64,000 nucleotides of DNA from Pyrinomonadaceae bacterium. GTDB taxonomy: Bacteria > Acidobacteriota > Blastocatellia > Pyrinomonadales > Pyrinomonadaceae. Position 1 is the first letter of the stretch; every line of letters begins with the position of its first letter. The position numbers and the translations under genes were made by a program. Under the pieces are notes generated by a model, which did no database searches, had not been told where the DNA came from, and saw only the letters and a program-made list of their open reading frames with translations. Location: the NCBI GenBank assembly GCA_046313635.1, contig JBKBYA010000001.1, positions 96,001 through 160,000 of the forward strand. Direction: 5' to 3'. Shown here piece after piece: positions 19,129-29,081 of the stretch.

Positions 19129-20547
19129 CTAAGCTTTGAACCTGTCCCAGTCGCCCCAGACGGCGCAGGTGACGCCGGCGGTCTGGATGTTAAAAAATAA
19201 CGTCTTGCCGTCGGGCGAAAAGGTCGTGCCCGCAAATTCGCTTCGCGGCTGCGGTGCGTAGATGTTGACGGCAAAATCGGCGATGCGGCCGTCGGGCGTG
19301 AGAATGCGTATGAGATTTTCGGGAGTGCCGCCCTCGCCGGCATAGTCGCTGTCTTCGCAGATAAAGAGCAGCTCGCTTCGAGGCATCAGGCAGACATTGT
19401 CGGGCATATCGAGCAGGCGACGGCTCGGCGATTCGAAGAGCAGCGTCAGACGGCCCTCGTCGCGCGACACCGGCTCGTACATCCAGATCTGCCCGGCCCG
19501 GCCGTCGCCGCCGCTCGTGGACGAGATGAATATTCGCCCGCGGGCGTCCGAGCAGATGCCCTCGAGCCGGTTGAATGTCGCTCCGCCCTTAGCGATGCCC
19601 TGCTTGTAGACGGCCTGCGTGTCGACGTCGGTCTCTTTCGGATCAGGGTCGTCGATCGTGACCCAGCTTGCGGCGAGCGTCGTGCGCGGCTTTTGTCCGC
19701 GCCGCGTGTCGTAGCGCGGACGGTCTTTGACGGCGAGCATCTGGAGGATGCCGCCCTCGGCGAGACGCTTCTTTCGCTTTGGGAGAAATCGATAGAGCCC
19801 GCACGCGCCGTAATCCTCGGTCAGGTAGACGACGCCGGTCTTTGGATCGACGGCGACGGCCTCGTGCTCAAAGCGGCCCATCGCCTTGAGCGGCACGGGA
19901 GCGACCGGGCCGTTTGCCGCGGCCGGCACTTCAAAGCAGTAGCCGTGCGGCTGCGGCATTCCGCCGGTCTTAACGCCGTTTGCCGCGGTGCGAATGGTCT
20001 TGCCGACCGTCGTCTCCTCGCACGTGATCCAGCTGCCCCAAGGCGTCGGCCCGCCGGCACAGTTGACGAGCGTCCCCGAGAGACTGACGAAGTCGCGAAC
20101 GATCGTACGAGTCTTCGGGTCGATGACGAGCGTCGTCGTGCCGCCGCCGGCGGTCTCGTCGTAATGCGGACCTTTGCCTCCGGCGATCGCCGTTCCCGGG
20201 CGAGGAACGCGCCCGCCTGTCACCTCGTGATTGCGCACGAGACGCAGCTCGCCGCCGACGCGGAAGGCCGCCATGCCGTCGTGACGCGCCGGCGTCGGGC
20301 GGCCGTCCGACATCTTGTCGCCGGTCTTGCCGATGACCGTGTATTCAAAGCCCTTCGGCAGCGAGAGGTAAACTTCGCCCGTATTTTTTGCGGCGGTCGG
20401 CGAGAGCTCGCCGTAGCCGACAGCGCGTAGGCGCGAGAGGTCGCCGGTCTGCACGAGCGCCTCTGCGCGGCGGCCGAGGCCCGAGCAGGCAATGGCGAGC
20501 GAGCCGGCTGCGCAGCCGAGATTGGTGAGGAAAGATCGTCGATCCAT
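19129..20547 (-). CDS. phoX: PhoX/DUF839 alkaline phosphatase, Tat-exported
   Basis: DRRSFL Tat motif; HDGM, RNHE, NCAGGPTPWGSWITCEE, GRFEHEA, PDN, EFAG. Confidence 0.88.
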   Translation of the reverse strand: MDRRSFLTNLGCAAGSLAIACSGLGRRAEALVQTGDLSRLRAVGYGELSPTAAKNTGEVYLSLPKGFEYTVIGKTGDKMSDGRPTPARHDGMAAFRVGGELRLVRNHEVTGGRVPRPGTAIAGGKGPHYDETAGGGTTTLVIDPKTRTIVRDFVSLSGTLVNCAGGPTPWGSWITCEETTVGKTIRTAANGVKTGGMPQPHGYCFEVPAAANGPVAPVPLKAMGRFEHEAVAVDPKTGVVYLTEDYGACGLYRFLPKRKKRLAEGGILQMLAVKDRPRYDTRRGQKPRTTLAASWVTIDDPDPKETDVDTQAVYKQGIAKGGATFNRLEGICSDARGRIFISSTSGGDGRAGQIWMYEPVSRDEGRLTLLFESPSRRLLDMPDNVCLMPRSELLFICEDSDYAGEGGTPENLIRILTPDGRIADFAVNIYAPQPRSEFAGTTFSPDGKTLFFNIQTAGVTCAVWGDWDRFKA

Positions 20548-20606
20548 AAGGGTTAGGTCTGTGGGTTCAGCCACATTTACAATATTCCGGTAGTTGTGAG
20601 ATTTCA

Positions 20607-21077
20607 ATGACAACCATTATCCAGGCGGTATCCGAAGCCGAGGTCGCCGAGGCCCGCGATCTGTTTCGCGAGTACGAGAGCTGGCTCGGGCTGAGTCTGT
20701 GCTTTCAGAATTTTGACGACGAGGTCAGCGGGCTGCCGGGCAAATATTCGCCTCCGGACGGGCGATTGCTGCTCGCCTACACCGGCGAGGGCGAACTCGC
20801 CGGCTGCGTCGCGATGCGAAAACTCGAGGATGGCATATGCGAGATGAAGCGCCTCTTTGTGCGTGACGCTTATCGCGGCCGCCGCGTCGGCGTGGCGCTC
20901 CTCGAAAAGGTCATCGACGAGGCACGCCTCGTCGGCTACAACAAACTCCGCCTCGACACCTACCCGCCGAGAATGCAAAAGGCCGCAGCACTCTACGAGC
21001 GCTACGGCTTTCGCGAGATCGCGCCGTACTATCACAATCCGTATGGCGACACCCTTTTTATGGAGCTTGCGCTCTAG
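20607..21077 (+). CDS. GNAT acetyltransferase
   Basis: CEMKRLFV..YRGRRVG, LDT, ALYERYGF. Confidence 0.9.
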   Translation: MTTIIQAVSEAEVAEARDLFREYESWLGLSLCFQNFDDEVSGLPGKYSPPDGRLLLAYTGEGELAGCVAMRKLEDGICEMKRLFVRDAYRGRRVGVALLEKVIDEARLVGYNKLRLDTYPPRMQKAAALYERYGFREIAPYYHNPYGDTLFMELAL

Positions 21078-21080
21078 CAG

Positions 21081-22805
21081 TTACTTCGCCGAGGTCTTGG
21101 CCGGTATCTTTTCGTCCATCATCGCGGTCTGGTACACAAAAGCGGCCATGATCGTCGCGGCCTGCTTCATGTCGTCGGCCTGGATGCGGTCAAAGACGTC
21201 CTGGTTCGAGTGGTGAGTGCGCGTGTCGTACTCGATCTCGTCCTGGATGAACTGGAACCCCGGCAGACCGATCGCGTCGAATGCGAGGTGGTCGGTGCCG
21301 CCGGTATTCTCGATCGTCAGCGTCTTGGCGCCGAGGTCGGCGAAGGGCGCCAGCCACGCCTCGAAGATCGGCCGCACATTTGGATTGCTCTGCATATATA
21401 CGCCGCGGATCCGGCCCGTGCCGTTGTCGAGGTTGTAGTACGCCGAGAGCTTGTCGTAATCGGCCTTTTTGACGAGCGTGCCCGGAGCTCCGCCGGCGCC
21501 GAATGCGGCCGTCGCGGCCTGGCCCTGCATCTCGCCAAAGTGCTGCCTGACGTACGCACGCGAGCCGAGCAGGCCCTGCTCCTCGCCCGACCAGAGCGCG
21601 ATGCGGATCGTGCGGCGGGGCTTGAGGCCGAGCGTCTGGATGATGCGGACCGCCTCCATCGCGACCGCGACGCCGGCCGCGTTGTCTGTCGCGCCCGTTC
21701 CCGAGTGCCACGAGTCCATGTGGCCGCCGAGCATAACGAGCTGCTCCTTGAGCGTCGGGTCGGTGCCCGGTATCTCGGCGACGGTGTTGTAGCCCATCAG
21801 GTCGTCATCGTGGTACTTCGCGTCGATGCTGACGGTCATCTGCGGCGTGACGCCGCTCTTGATCATTCGCACCAGGCGGTTGTAATCCTCGGTCGCCATC
21901 GTGAGCTGCGGGACCATTCGGGCCTCGGCCTCCTTGTTCCACGGCTGAAGCCGGTTGCGCCCGCCGACGAACATCTCCATCGGATTGGCGGGAATCTCCT
22001 GTGCGACGCTCGCCGCCGAGACAAAGAGCGTTCCGCCGCTGCCCAAGCGGCTGTTGTCGATCAGGACGGCCGCGCCTTCCTGGATCAAAAAGTTCGCGCG
22101 CTTTGCGGCCTGAATGAATGGCGCAAACCGCGCCTGCATCTGCTCGGGCGTCGGCACCTGCTGCTGCGGCCGCGGGCCTGCCGGCCGGGCCTCGGCCATC
22201 TTGGCGAGCTCCTCGTCGCTGAGACGCGCGGCGAGCGGCTTGTCGATCATCTTGAGCTCACGCGGATCTGAGACGAGAACGATCTTGCCCGCGAGTTTGC
22301 CTTTGTACTTCTCGAGATCGGCGTCGGTCTTGGCGTCGAGAAAGACGACCTCGCCGGTCACGGCGCCTTTGGTCGAGGGCGACCAGGCCTTTGGATACGC
22401 GATCACCGGAACGGTGTACGGGGCGACCACTTGGGCCTTGAAATCCTTGAGCTCCCAGCCGCGGCCGAAAGGTCCCCAGGCTTCGAGCTTTGCGTTCTGC
22501 AGGCCCCACTTCGCGAGCTGATCGCGCGTCCACTCGTTCGAACGCTTCATATTCGGCGAGTTGGTGAGGCGGGCGCCGATGACGTCGGTCAGGTACGAGA
22601 GCGTCTGCATCACCTGCGAGCGGTTGAGCCCCTCGTCGCGGATCTTGTCGATGATCTCTTTAGGTGCGGTGTAGACCGCCGTGGACCGGACCGGTGCGGC
22701 GGCAGCGGCAGAGCCGACCGCGTTGGATGTCTGCTGTGCGAAAGCGAAGGTCGGCAGCAGAACGGCGTACATCGCAAGCACGCCTAGTACTTTACGTCGT
22801 GACAT
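21081..22805 (-). CDS. M28-family peptidase (carboxypeptidase Q-like), secreted
   Basis: [34 protein letters not shown]. Confidence 0.9.
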   Translation of the reverse strand: MSRRKVLGVLAMYAVLLPTFAFAQQTSNAVGSAAAAAPVRSTAVYTAPKEIIDKIRDEGLNRSQVMQTLSYLTDVIGARLTNSPNMKRSNEWTRDQLAKWGLQNAKLEAWGPFGRGWELKDFKAQVVAPYTVPVIAYPKAWSPSTKGAVTGEVVFLDAKTDADLEKYKGKLAGKIVLVSDPRELKMIDKPLAARLSDEELAKMAEARPAGPRPQQQVPTPEQMQARFAPFIQAAKRANFLIQEGAAVLIDNSRLGSGGTLFVSAASVAQEIPANPMEMFVGGRNRLQPWNKEAEARMVPQLTMATEDYNRLVRMIKSGVTPQMTVSIDAKYHDDDLMGYNTVAEIPGTDPTLKEQLVMLGGHMDSWHSGTGATDNAAGVAVAMEAVRIIQTLGLKPRRTIRIALWSGEEQGLLGSRAYVRQHFGEMQGQAATAAFGAGGAPGTLVKKADYDKLSAYYNLDNGTGRIRGVYMQSNPNVRPIFEAWLAPFADLGAKTLTIENTGGTDHLAFDAIGLPGFQFIQDEIEYDTRTHHSNQDVFDRIQADDMKQAATIMAAFVYQTAMMDEKIPAKTSAK

Positions 22806-22942
22806 TTTTTACTTCTCCTGGAGAACTGGATCAAATCTTTGCAAAGAGATTCGTATGATTATACAAACGGAGGGCCGCGAAAGTTTCACCGGTCGCGGCC
22901 GCGGTTTCGGTCGTTCGATCTGCGCGGGTCTTTTTGAGTTGC

Positions 22943-23524
22943 CTAGAGCGTCGACCACGTCAGGGTGTAGGCCGGCGGCAGATTTTTGGTGACGAGCTTG
23001 CTGCGCGTCGAGCGGCCGTAGCGGTCGCGCATAAAGCGCCGCAAGCGCAGCGCCGACGGCGTGTAGTAGCCGTGAGCGTACTGGAACGCGCGAAACATGC
23101 ATCCGCGCTCCATAAACTTCTCGACCTCTGCGAGCACTCCGTCTGCCACCTCGTCAGGCAGCGTGACAAAAGGCAGACAGCACAGAATGTAGCTCACCTT
23201 GCCCAGGCCCGAACCGGCATGCAGCCGCGCGGCGTCGGCCGCACAGCCCGCGACGAAGTTCATCTCCGGAAAACGCACGCGCAAGTTTGCGACAAGCTTA
23301 TGGTCGAGCTCCACGCCGAGATACGACCGGTCGTCGGGCACGATCTCTCGGATGCATTTGGTGATCGCCCCGGTGCCGACCCCGAGCTCGAGAATGACGT
23401 TGTTCTCGTCGGGCGTAATGCCGTCGAGCATCTGCCACGCGAGGTCGCTCGAGCTCGGCGCGACGGCGCCGACCTTGAGAGGATTTTTGAGAAATGCCTG
23501 CAGGAATTGGATGTTGTCCTTCAT
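22943..23524 (-). CDS. Class I SAM methyltransferase (phospholipid N-methyltransferase-like)
   Basis: VGAVAPSS, LELGVGTGAIT, FQY, NLPPA. Confidence 0.85.
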   Translation of the reverse strand: MKDNIQFLQAFLKNPLKVGAVAPSSSDLAWQMLDGITPDENNVILELGVGTGAITKCIREIVPDDRSYLGVELDHKLVANLRVRFPEMNFVAGCAADAARLHAGSGLGKVSYILCCLPFVTLPDEVADGVLAEVEKFMERGCMFRAFQYAHGYYTPSALRLRRFMRDRYGRSTRSKLVTKNLPPAYTLTWSTL

Positions 23525-23536
23525 TCGCAGAATCGT

Positions 23537-26077
23537 CTACGCGGAGACTATGTCCTTGGTTCCGCTCAATTTACCGGGGCGTGTCGAGGGTTCGGCCGGT
23601 ATTTTATAATCGCACTCTTCGTTTTGGCAATAATGCACTGTGCCCTCCTTTTTGGTCGTTTTTTCGAGCAGGAAAGGAGCTCCGCACTGCGGGCACGGCA
23701 CGCTGACCGGCTTGTCCCAATAGACCGCGTCACACTTAGGATAATTGGCGCAGCCGTAAAAGACCTTGCCGCGTTTCGATTTTTTGACGACGATGTCGCC
23801 GCCGTCCTTCGGGCACGCGACGCCGACCGTCTCGCGTTTGATGTAGTCGCACTTAGGGTAGTTCGAGCAAGAGATGAATTCGCCAAACCTGCCTTGCCGC
23901 TTGACGAGCTGCGCGTTGTCCTTTGGGCAGTACTCGTCGATGGGCTCGGGCGGCGCGGCGGGCTTCTGCTCGCCCTTTGCGATCTTGCGGATGTTCTTGC
24001 ATTCGGGATAGCCGGTGCAGCCGTAGAAGGAGCCGAAGCGGCCTTTCTTCAGGGCCATTTCGCGACCGCACAATTCGCACGCCGGAACCTCTGCGGCCTC
24101 GCCGGGGCCGCCGTTCCCGCCGGCTGACTGCTCGTCGCCCTCGGTTGACCGCTTGCTCCCGACCTCGCGGGTGTTCTGGCACTCGGGATAATTCGAGCAC
24201 GCGAGGAATTGGCCGAAGCGTCCGAACTTGATCACCATCGGAGCGCCGTCCTTTTCGCACGTCTCGCCGGTGGGGATGGCCATCTTCTTTTTGCCCTTGA
24301 TGGTCTCGGCGGCGGCGGCGAGGTCTTTTGAGAATTTGTCGTAAAACTCTCGAAGCGCGGCCTGCCACGCGAGCTTGCCTTCCTCGATCTCGTCGAGCTC
24401 TTCTTCCATCCGGGCCGTGTACTGCTCGTTAAAGATGTCGTCGAATGTCTCGACGAGCAGATCGTTAACGGTCGTACCGAGCGGCGTCGGGTGAAAGCGG
24501 CCCTCGATCTTCTCGACGTACTCGCGGTCCTGGATCGTGGTCATGATCGCCGCGTAGGTCGAGGGACGGCCGATGCCTTTTTCTTCGAGAGCTTTTACGA
24601 GAGTCGCTTCCGTATAACGCGGCGGCGGCTCGGTAAAGTGTTGGTTGGGCGTGATCGAATTGAGCTTTAAGGTCTCGCCCTGCTCGACGCGCGGCAGCGA
24701 GCGTTCCGCTTCGTCGTCCTCGCTCGCGTCTTTCGGCGTGTCGTCGCGGCCTTCCTGATAGACCTTTAGAAACCCGTCAAACTTCTGCACCGAACCTGTC
24801 GATCTAAAAATGAATCTTCCCGCCTTGATATCGATCGTCGTCTGATCAAAAACGGCCGGCGTCATCTGCGACGCGACGAATCGCTGCCAGATCAGCCGAT
24901 AGAGCTTGAGCTCGTCGGGGCTCAGTTTGTTTGCGAGCGAATCAGGCGTGCGGTTGACGTCGGTCGGACGGATGGCCTCGTGCGCGTCCTGCGCGTCCTT
25001 TTTGCCTTTATAGAAGTTCGGCTTCTCGGGCATGTACTGCGGGCCGTAACTGCCGCCGATAAAATCGCGCACCTCGTTCAACGCCGCGTCCGAGACGCGC
25101 GTCGAGTCTGTACGCATATATGTGATCAGACCGACCGCGCCTTCGCTGCCGAGTTCAACGCCCTCGTAGAGCTTTTGCGCGACGGTCATCGTCTTTTTTA
25201 CCGAAAAGCCGAACTTGCGCGCCGCCTCCTGCTGCAGCTTCGACGTGATGAATGGCGGCGTCGCGTTGCGCCTGCGCTCTTTGGTCGTCACCGAGTCGAC
25301 GACGAACGTTTCTTTTTCGGCCTCGGCGACGATCTCGCCGGCCTGCTCGGCCGTCTTGATGTGCACCTCGCCGGCCTTGACGTCGTCGTCGAACTTGCCG
25401 GTCTTGACCGTCTTGTCGTCGATCTTGTACAGCTTTGAATCGAAATTCGGCGGCAGCGCGGCCGAGAGATTTGCAATGATCGACCAGTACTCGGTCTGGA
25501 CAAAGCTCTCGATCTCGCGTTCGCGCTCGACGACGAGACGCACGGCGACCGTCTGCACGCGGCCGGCCGAGAGTTTGCCGCCGATCGTCTTCCAAAGGAT
25601 CGGCGAGACCTGGTAGCCGACAAGCCGGTCGAGCACGCGGCGCGCCTGCTGCGCGTCAACGAGATTCTTGTTTACTTCTTTCGGCTCTTTGAAGGCGTCC
25701 CTGATCGCGTTCTTTGTGATCTCGTTGAACATCACGCGATAGACCGGGATCTTGCCCTTCTTCGGAACGATCTCCTCGGCGAGATGCGCGCAGATCGCCT
25801 CGCCCTCGCGGTCGGGGTCGGCGGCGAGATAGATCGCTTCGCTCGCCTTCGCGGCTTTCTTCAGCTCGGAGACGATCTTTTTATTGTTCCGCTTTTTGGT
25901 ATCCGGGATTACCTCGTAGTGGGGCTCGAAGTTGTTCTCGATGTCCACACCGAGGTCCTTTGCGGGCAGGTCCTTGATGTGGCCGATCGAGGCCATCACA
26001 AGATAATCCTGTCCGAGATACTTATTGATTGTCTTCGCCTTTGCGGGCGACTCGACGATGACTAAATTTTTTGCCAT
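23537..26077 (-). CDS. topA: DNA topoisomerase I with C-terminal zinc ribbons
   Basis: LVIVESPAKAKTI, DPDREGE, SAGRVQ, ITYMRTDS, AHEAIRPT. Confidence 0.98.
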   Translation of the reverse strand: MAKNLVIVESPAKAKTINKYLGQDYLVMASIGHIKDLPAKDLGVDIENNFEPHYEVIPDTKKRNNKKIVSELKKAAKASEAIYLAADPDREGEAICAHLAEEIVPKKGKIPVYRVMFNEITKNAIRDAFKEPKEVNKNLVDAQQARRVLDRLVGYQVSPILWKTIGGKLSAGRVQTVAVRLVVEREREIESFVQTEYWSIIANLSAALPPNFDSKLYKIDDKTVKTGKFDDDVKAGEVHIKTAEQAGEIVAEAEKETFVVDSVTTKERRRNATPPFITSKLQQEAARKFGFSVKKTMTVAQKLYEGVELGSEGAVGLITYMRTDSTRVSDAALNEVRDFIGGSYGPQYMPEKPNFYKGKKDAQDAHEAIRPTDVNRTPDSLANKLSPDELKLYRLIWQRFVASQMTPAVFDQTTIDIKAGRFIFRSTGSVQKFDGFLKVYQEGRDDTPKDASEDDEAERSLPRVEQGETLKLNSITPNQHFTEPPPRYTEATLVKALEEKGIGRPSTYAAIMTTIQDREYVEKIEGRFHPTPLGTTVNDLLVETFDDIFNEQYTARMEEELDEIEEGKLAWQAALREFYDKFSKDLAAAAETIKGKKKMAIPTGETCEKDGAPMVIKFGRFGQFLACSNYPECQNTREVGSKRSTEGDEQSAGGNGGPGEAAEVPACELCGREMALKKGRFGSFYGCTGYPECKNIRKIAKGEQKPAAPPEPIDEYCPKDNAQLVKRQGRFGEFISCSNYPKCDYIKRETVGVACPKDGGDIVVKKSKRGKVFYGCANYPKCDAVYWDKPVSVPCPQCGAPFLLEKTTKKEGTVHYCQNEECDYKIPAEPSTRPGKLSGTKDIVSA

Positions 26078-26250
26078 TACAAAACTGCCGAAAAAAATGT
26101 GTCAGAAGCGTATCAAACGCTCTGACACCTAAAGACTACTAGCACCTAAGTTTCTTACGTGTCAATTCTCGGTGAATCTTAGATGACACGGCACTGCGGC
26201 GCGATGACCGGTTTTTCGCGGGCTTGATCGGGGCGATGGAGAGAGACGTT

Positions 26251-27375
26251 TCAGATACGCCTCGCGTAATGTTTGCCTGGCAATACCCGGATCAGATCGC
26301 GGATGTCGAGGCCGACGAGAACAGAATTGAGCTCGCCGAATGAGAGGCCGCTTGTCTCCAGCAGCGTGTCGATGTGGACCGCCTCGTCCGACGGCAGCAG
26401 CGACCAGATCTTGCGCTCGGCGTCGGTCAGGTCGGCCGGCGGCGCGTCTTGACGCTTCGCGTCGCCGTTCGGCTCGTCGTCGACCTTCGGCGGCAGGATC
26501 GAGGCGGCGATCTCGCTCGGCAGTTCCGATACAACGTCCTGCCATTGCTGCACGAGTTTGGCGCCGGCCTTGATCAGATAATTCGTCCCATACGAGTTGC
26601 GCGAAGTGATGTTGCCCGGTACGGCCATCACTTCGCGGTTCTGTTCGGCGGCGAGCCGGGCGGTGATGAGCGAGCCGCTGCGTTCGGACGCCTCGACGAT
26701 CAGCACGCCGTAGCTCAGCCCGCTGATGACGCGGTTGCGGTAAGGGAAGTTGTCCTTGAGCGGCGGCGTGCCGAGCGGGAACTGCGTCACGAGCGCTCCG
26801 CCCGAGTCGAGTATCTCGCGCGCGAGCCGCGTGTTCTCTTTCGGATAAACGCCGTCGATGCCCGTGCCGAGGACGGCGATCGTTTTTCCATTTCCGGCGA
26901 TCGCTCCGCGATGCGCGGCGGTGTCGATACCTCGTGCGAGACCCGAAACGATCGTGATGCCGCGCGTCGCGAGATCGCGCGACAACATTTCAGCGGCGTT
27001 CTGCCCGTAGGTCGAGCACTGCCGCGACCCGATCACGCCGACGCACGGCTGCTCGAAACACTCCTGCCAATTGCCGCGCACATACAAAACGATCGGCGGG
27101 TCGGCGATCTCGCGCAGCAGCGCCGGATAACTGCCGTCGTCGAGCAAAATTATGTCGCCGCCGAGCGCCTTGACGCGATCGAGCTCGCCCGCCGCGCGCT
27201 CGTCGAACTCGCGATTGATGATGCTCTGGATCGTGTCGGGCTTGAGCCGCAGCGATTCGAGTTCAGCTCGCCTCGCAGCAAACACGGCGGCAGGAGATCC
27301 AAACCGCTCCAGCAGCTTCGTCGCGACACGCGGGCCAACGCCGGGCGTCATGTTGAGGGAGAGCCATTCCTTCAT
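26251..27375 (-). CDS. dprA: DNA-processing protein DprA
   Basis: VSGLARGID, FPYRNRVISGLS, VEASERSGSLITA. Confidence 0.96.
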   Translation of the reverse strand: MKEWLSLNMTPGVGPRVATKLLERFGSPAAVFAARRAELESLRLKPDTIQSIINREFDERAAGELDRVKALGGDIILLDDGSYPALLREIADPPIVLYVRGNWQECFEQPCVGVIGSRQCSTYGQNAAEMLSRDLATRGITIVSGLARGIDTAAHRGAIAGNGKTIAVLGTGIDGVYPKENTRLAREILDSGGALVTQFPLGTPPLKDNFPYRNRVISGLSYGVLIVEASERSGSLITARLAAEQNREVMAVPGNITSRNSYGTNYLIKAGAKLVQQWQDVVSELPSEIAASILPPKVDDEPNGDAKRQDAPPADLTDAERKIWSLLPSDEAVHIDTLLETSGLSFGELNSVLVGLDIRDLIRVLPGKHYARRI

Positions 27376-27764
27376 ATTTCTGACTTCGGAATTCGGATTT
27401 CGGAATTCGGATTTTTTCGGGCCTTGCTTGTCCGTATCGCCGAGATCACGATCGAGAGTATTTCATTTGCCTCAGCGAGCAGGCCCTCGACGAGCTCTCG
27501 CTTGACCTGTCCCGATTCGACCAGCAGCTCGATCCAATAGATGGTCTCGTCCGCTTCTTCTTCGACGATCGACAACTTGTTTATGAAGTCTGCCAGAGAT
27601 TTGGCCCGGCAGGCCGCCCGGTAATTTGCGCCGACTGATGTAGCGCTCCTCAGAAGCTGCTTGCCTACGATGTCGGAAACCCTGTTGAAGGGCAGACTCT
27701 CGACCAGGCGCATTGTCCGCAACGCAAATCGCTTGGTCCGGTCTTTCAATTCATCTTGAGTCAT
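27372..27764 (-). CDS. Four-helix-bundle protein (23S rRNA IVS protein-like family)
   Basis: KQLLRSATSVGANYRAA, ADFINKLSIVEEEADET.YW. Confidence 0.9.
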   Translation of the reverse strand: MTQDELKDRTKRFALRTMRLVESLPFNRVSDIVGKQLLRSATSVGANYRAACRAKSLADFINKLSIVEEEADETIYWIELLVESGQVKRELVEGLLAEANEILSIVISAIRTSKARKNPNSEIRIPKSEI

Positions 27765-27808
27765 AGTGAGAGCTCAATCCGAAATCCGAAATCCGAAATC
27801 CGCAATCG
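27377..27808. repeat. Inverted heptamer arms enclosing the four-helix-bundle gene
   Basis: (ATTCGGA/TTTCGGA)n 27377-27415 and (AATCCGA)n 27777-27808. Confidence 0.88.
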
Positions 27809-27811
27809 AAC

Positions 27812-27910
27812 TGGCGGAGGCGTGTGGGAGTCGAACCCACCTAAGACTGCTCTCGCAGCCTCACAAGCGGTTTTGAAGACCGTGCCCGTCACCGGACGAG
27901 TTTCGCCTCC
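27812..27910 (-). tRNA. selC: tRNA-Sec (anticodon UCA)
   Basis: 99 nt; 6-bp D stem with 4-nt loop, CT-TCA-AA anticodon loop, 9-bp variable arm, GGGTTCGACTCCC, GCCA end. Confidence 0.95.
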
Positions 27911-27926
27911 TTGGTGAAAGGAAAAG

Positions 27927-29069
27927 TTAAACGGACTGCATCAAGAGTGCAAGGAGCGTGGCGCGTTTGGGAATGTCGTCGATCAGGATGTACTCGTCGA
28001 GCGTGTGGGCGCCGTCGCCGGCGACGCCGAGGCCGTCGAGGACGGGCACGCCCATCGCGGCGACGAAGTTGCCGTCCGACGCGCCGCCGACCTGCGTCTC
28101 GCCGAGCTCGTAGTTGAACGACGCGGCAAGATCTCGAGCCATTTCGTAAAGTGCCGCGACCGCGTCGGTGCGCTCCATCGGCGGGCGATTGACGCCGCCC
28201 GAGATCTCGAGCGAGACGCGCTCGTTAACTGGCGCGAGCGAGGCGATCTCATTTTCGATGCGGGCTGCCTCGTCTATTCGAGAAAAGCGTACGTCGACCG
28301 AGCACTCGGCGTGCTCGGGAATGACGTTAGACGCGGTGCCGCCCTCGATCGTACAGACGTTGACGGTCGTACCGAGCTCGGCGTTGTTGAGCGTCTGAAG
28401 CTTCAGTATCTGATGCGCGAGCTCGACGATCGCGCTTGCGCCGCGTTCGGGCTCGAGGCCCGCGTGCGAAGGCACGCCGTGCGCGGCGATAGTGAACATC
28501 CCGGTTCCCTTGCGGCCGGTCTTTACTTTCCCCATCGCAGACGGCTCGCAGACGAGACACGCTTCGCTGCGTGCGGCCTCGGTCTCGACGAGAGACTTAC
28601 CCGTCTTGCTGCCGGCCTCTTCGTCGCACGAGAGCAGTATCGTGATCGGCCGCGGCGGCACGACCGAGTTCTCCGAAAAGTATCGCAGCGTCTCGAGCAT
28701 CAGGACGATGTTGGCCTTCATATCAAATACGCCGCAGCCGTAAAACCGCTCGCCCTCGATCCGCGTCGCGTTCTTGAGCCGCGTGCCGACCGGATGGACG
28801 GTGTCGGTGTGGCCGAGCAGGAGAAGCTGCTTTTTGCTCTCGTCCGGAAAGGCGCGGATCGCGAGATGATCGCCGACGTTGTCGGCTGCGACGCGCTCGA
28901 CCGAGATGCCGAGCGGGATCTTATCGACCTTTTCGGCGATCCAATCGGCGACCATACGGCTGCGCGAAACGTCGAACGACGGCGATTCGATCTCGACGAT
29001 CTGATGCGTCATCCGCAGGATCGCCTCCTGCCGCGATTCGAAGTATTTGAGTATGTCGTGCGGGCTCAT
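27927..29069 (-). CDS. M20-family metallopeptidase (glutamate carboxypeptidase-like)
   Basis: LGHTDTVH, DMKA, DEE, HAG, GGASDGN, GAH. Confidence 0.9.
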   Translation of the reverse strand: MSPHDILKYFESRQEAILRMTHQIVEIESPSFDVSRSRMVADWIAEKVDKIPLGISVERVAADNVGDHLAIRAFPDESKKQLLLLGHTDTVHPVGTRLKNATRIEGERFYGCGVFDMKANIVLMLETLRYFSENSVVPPRPITILLSCDEEAGSKTGKSLVETEAARSEACLVCEPSAMGKVKTGRKGTGMFTIAAHGVPSHAGLEPERGASAIVELAHQILKLQTLNNAELGTTVNVCTIEGGTASNVIPEHAECSVDVRFSRIDEAARIENEIASLAPVNERVSLEISGGVNRPPMERTDAVAALYEMARDLAASFNYELGETQVGGASDGNFVAAMGVPVLDGLGVAGDGAHTLDEYILIDDIPKRATLLALLMQSV

Positions 29070-29081
29070 CGAGACTAAGCG

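Noticed and set aside
18778..19200. ORFs with HLPFTIY repeats
   Set aside because: Translation of heptamer repeats
27372..27764. Diversity-generating retroelement
   Set aside because: Avd-related fold only; no reverse transcriptase or TR/VR pair seen in the window
27812..27910. Integrative element at selC
   Set aside because: No integrase and no duplicated tRNA 3' end found
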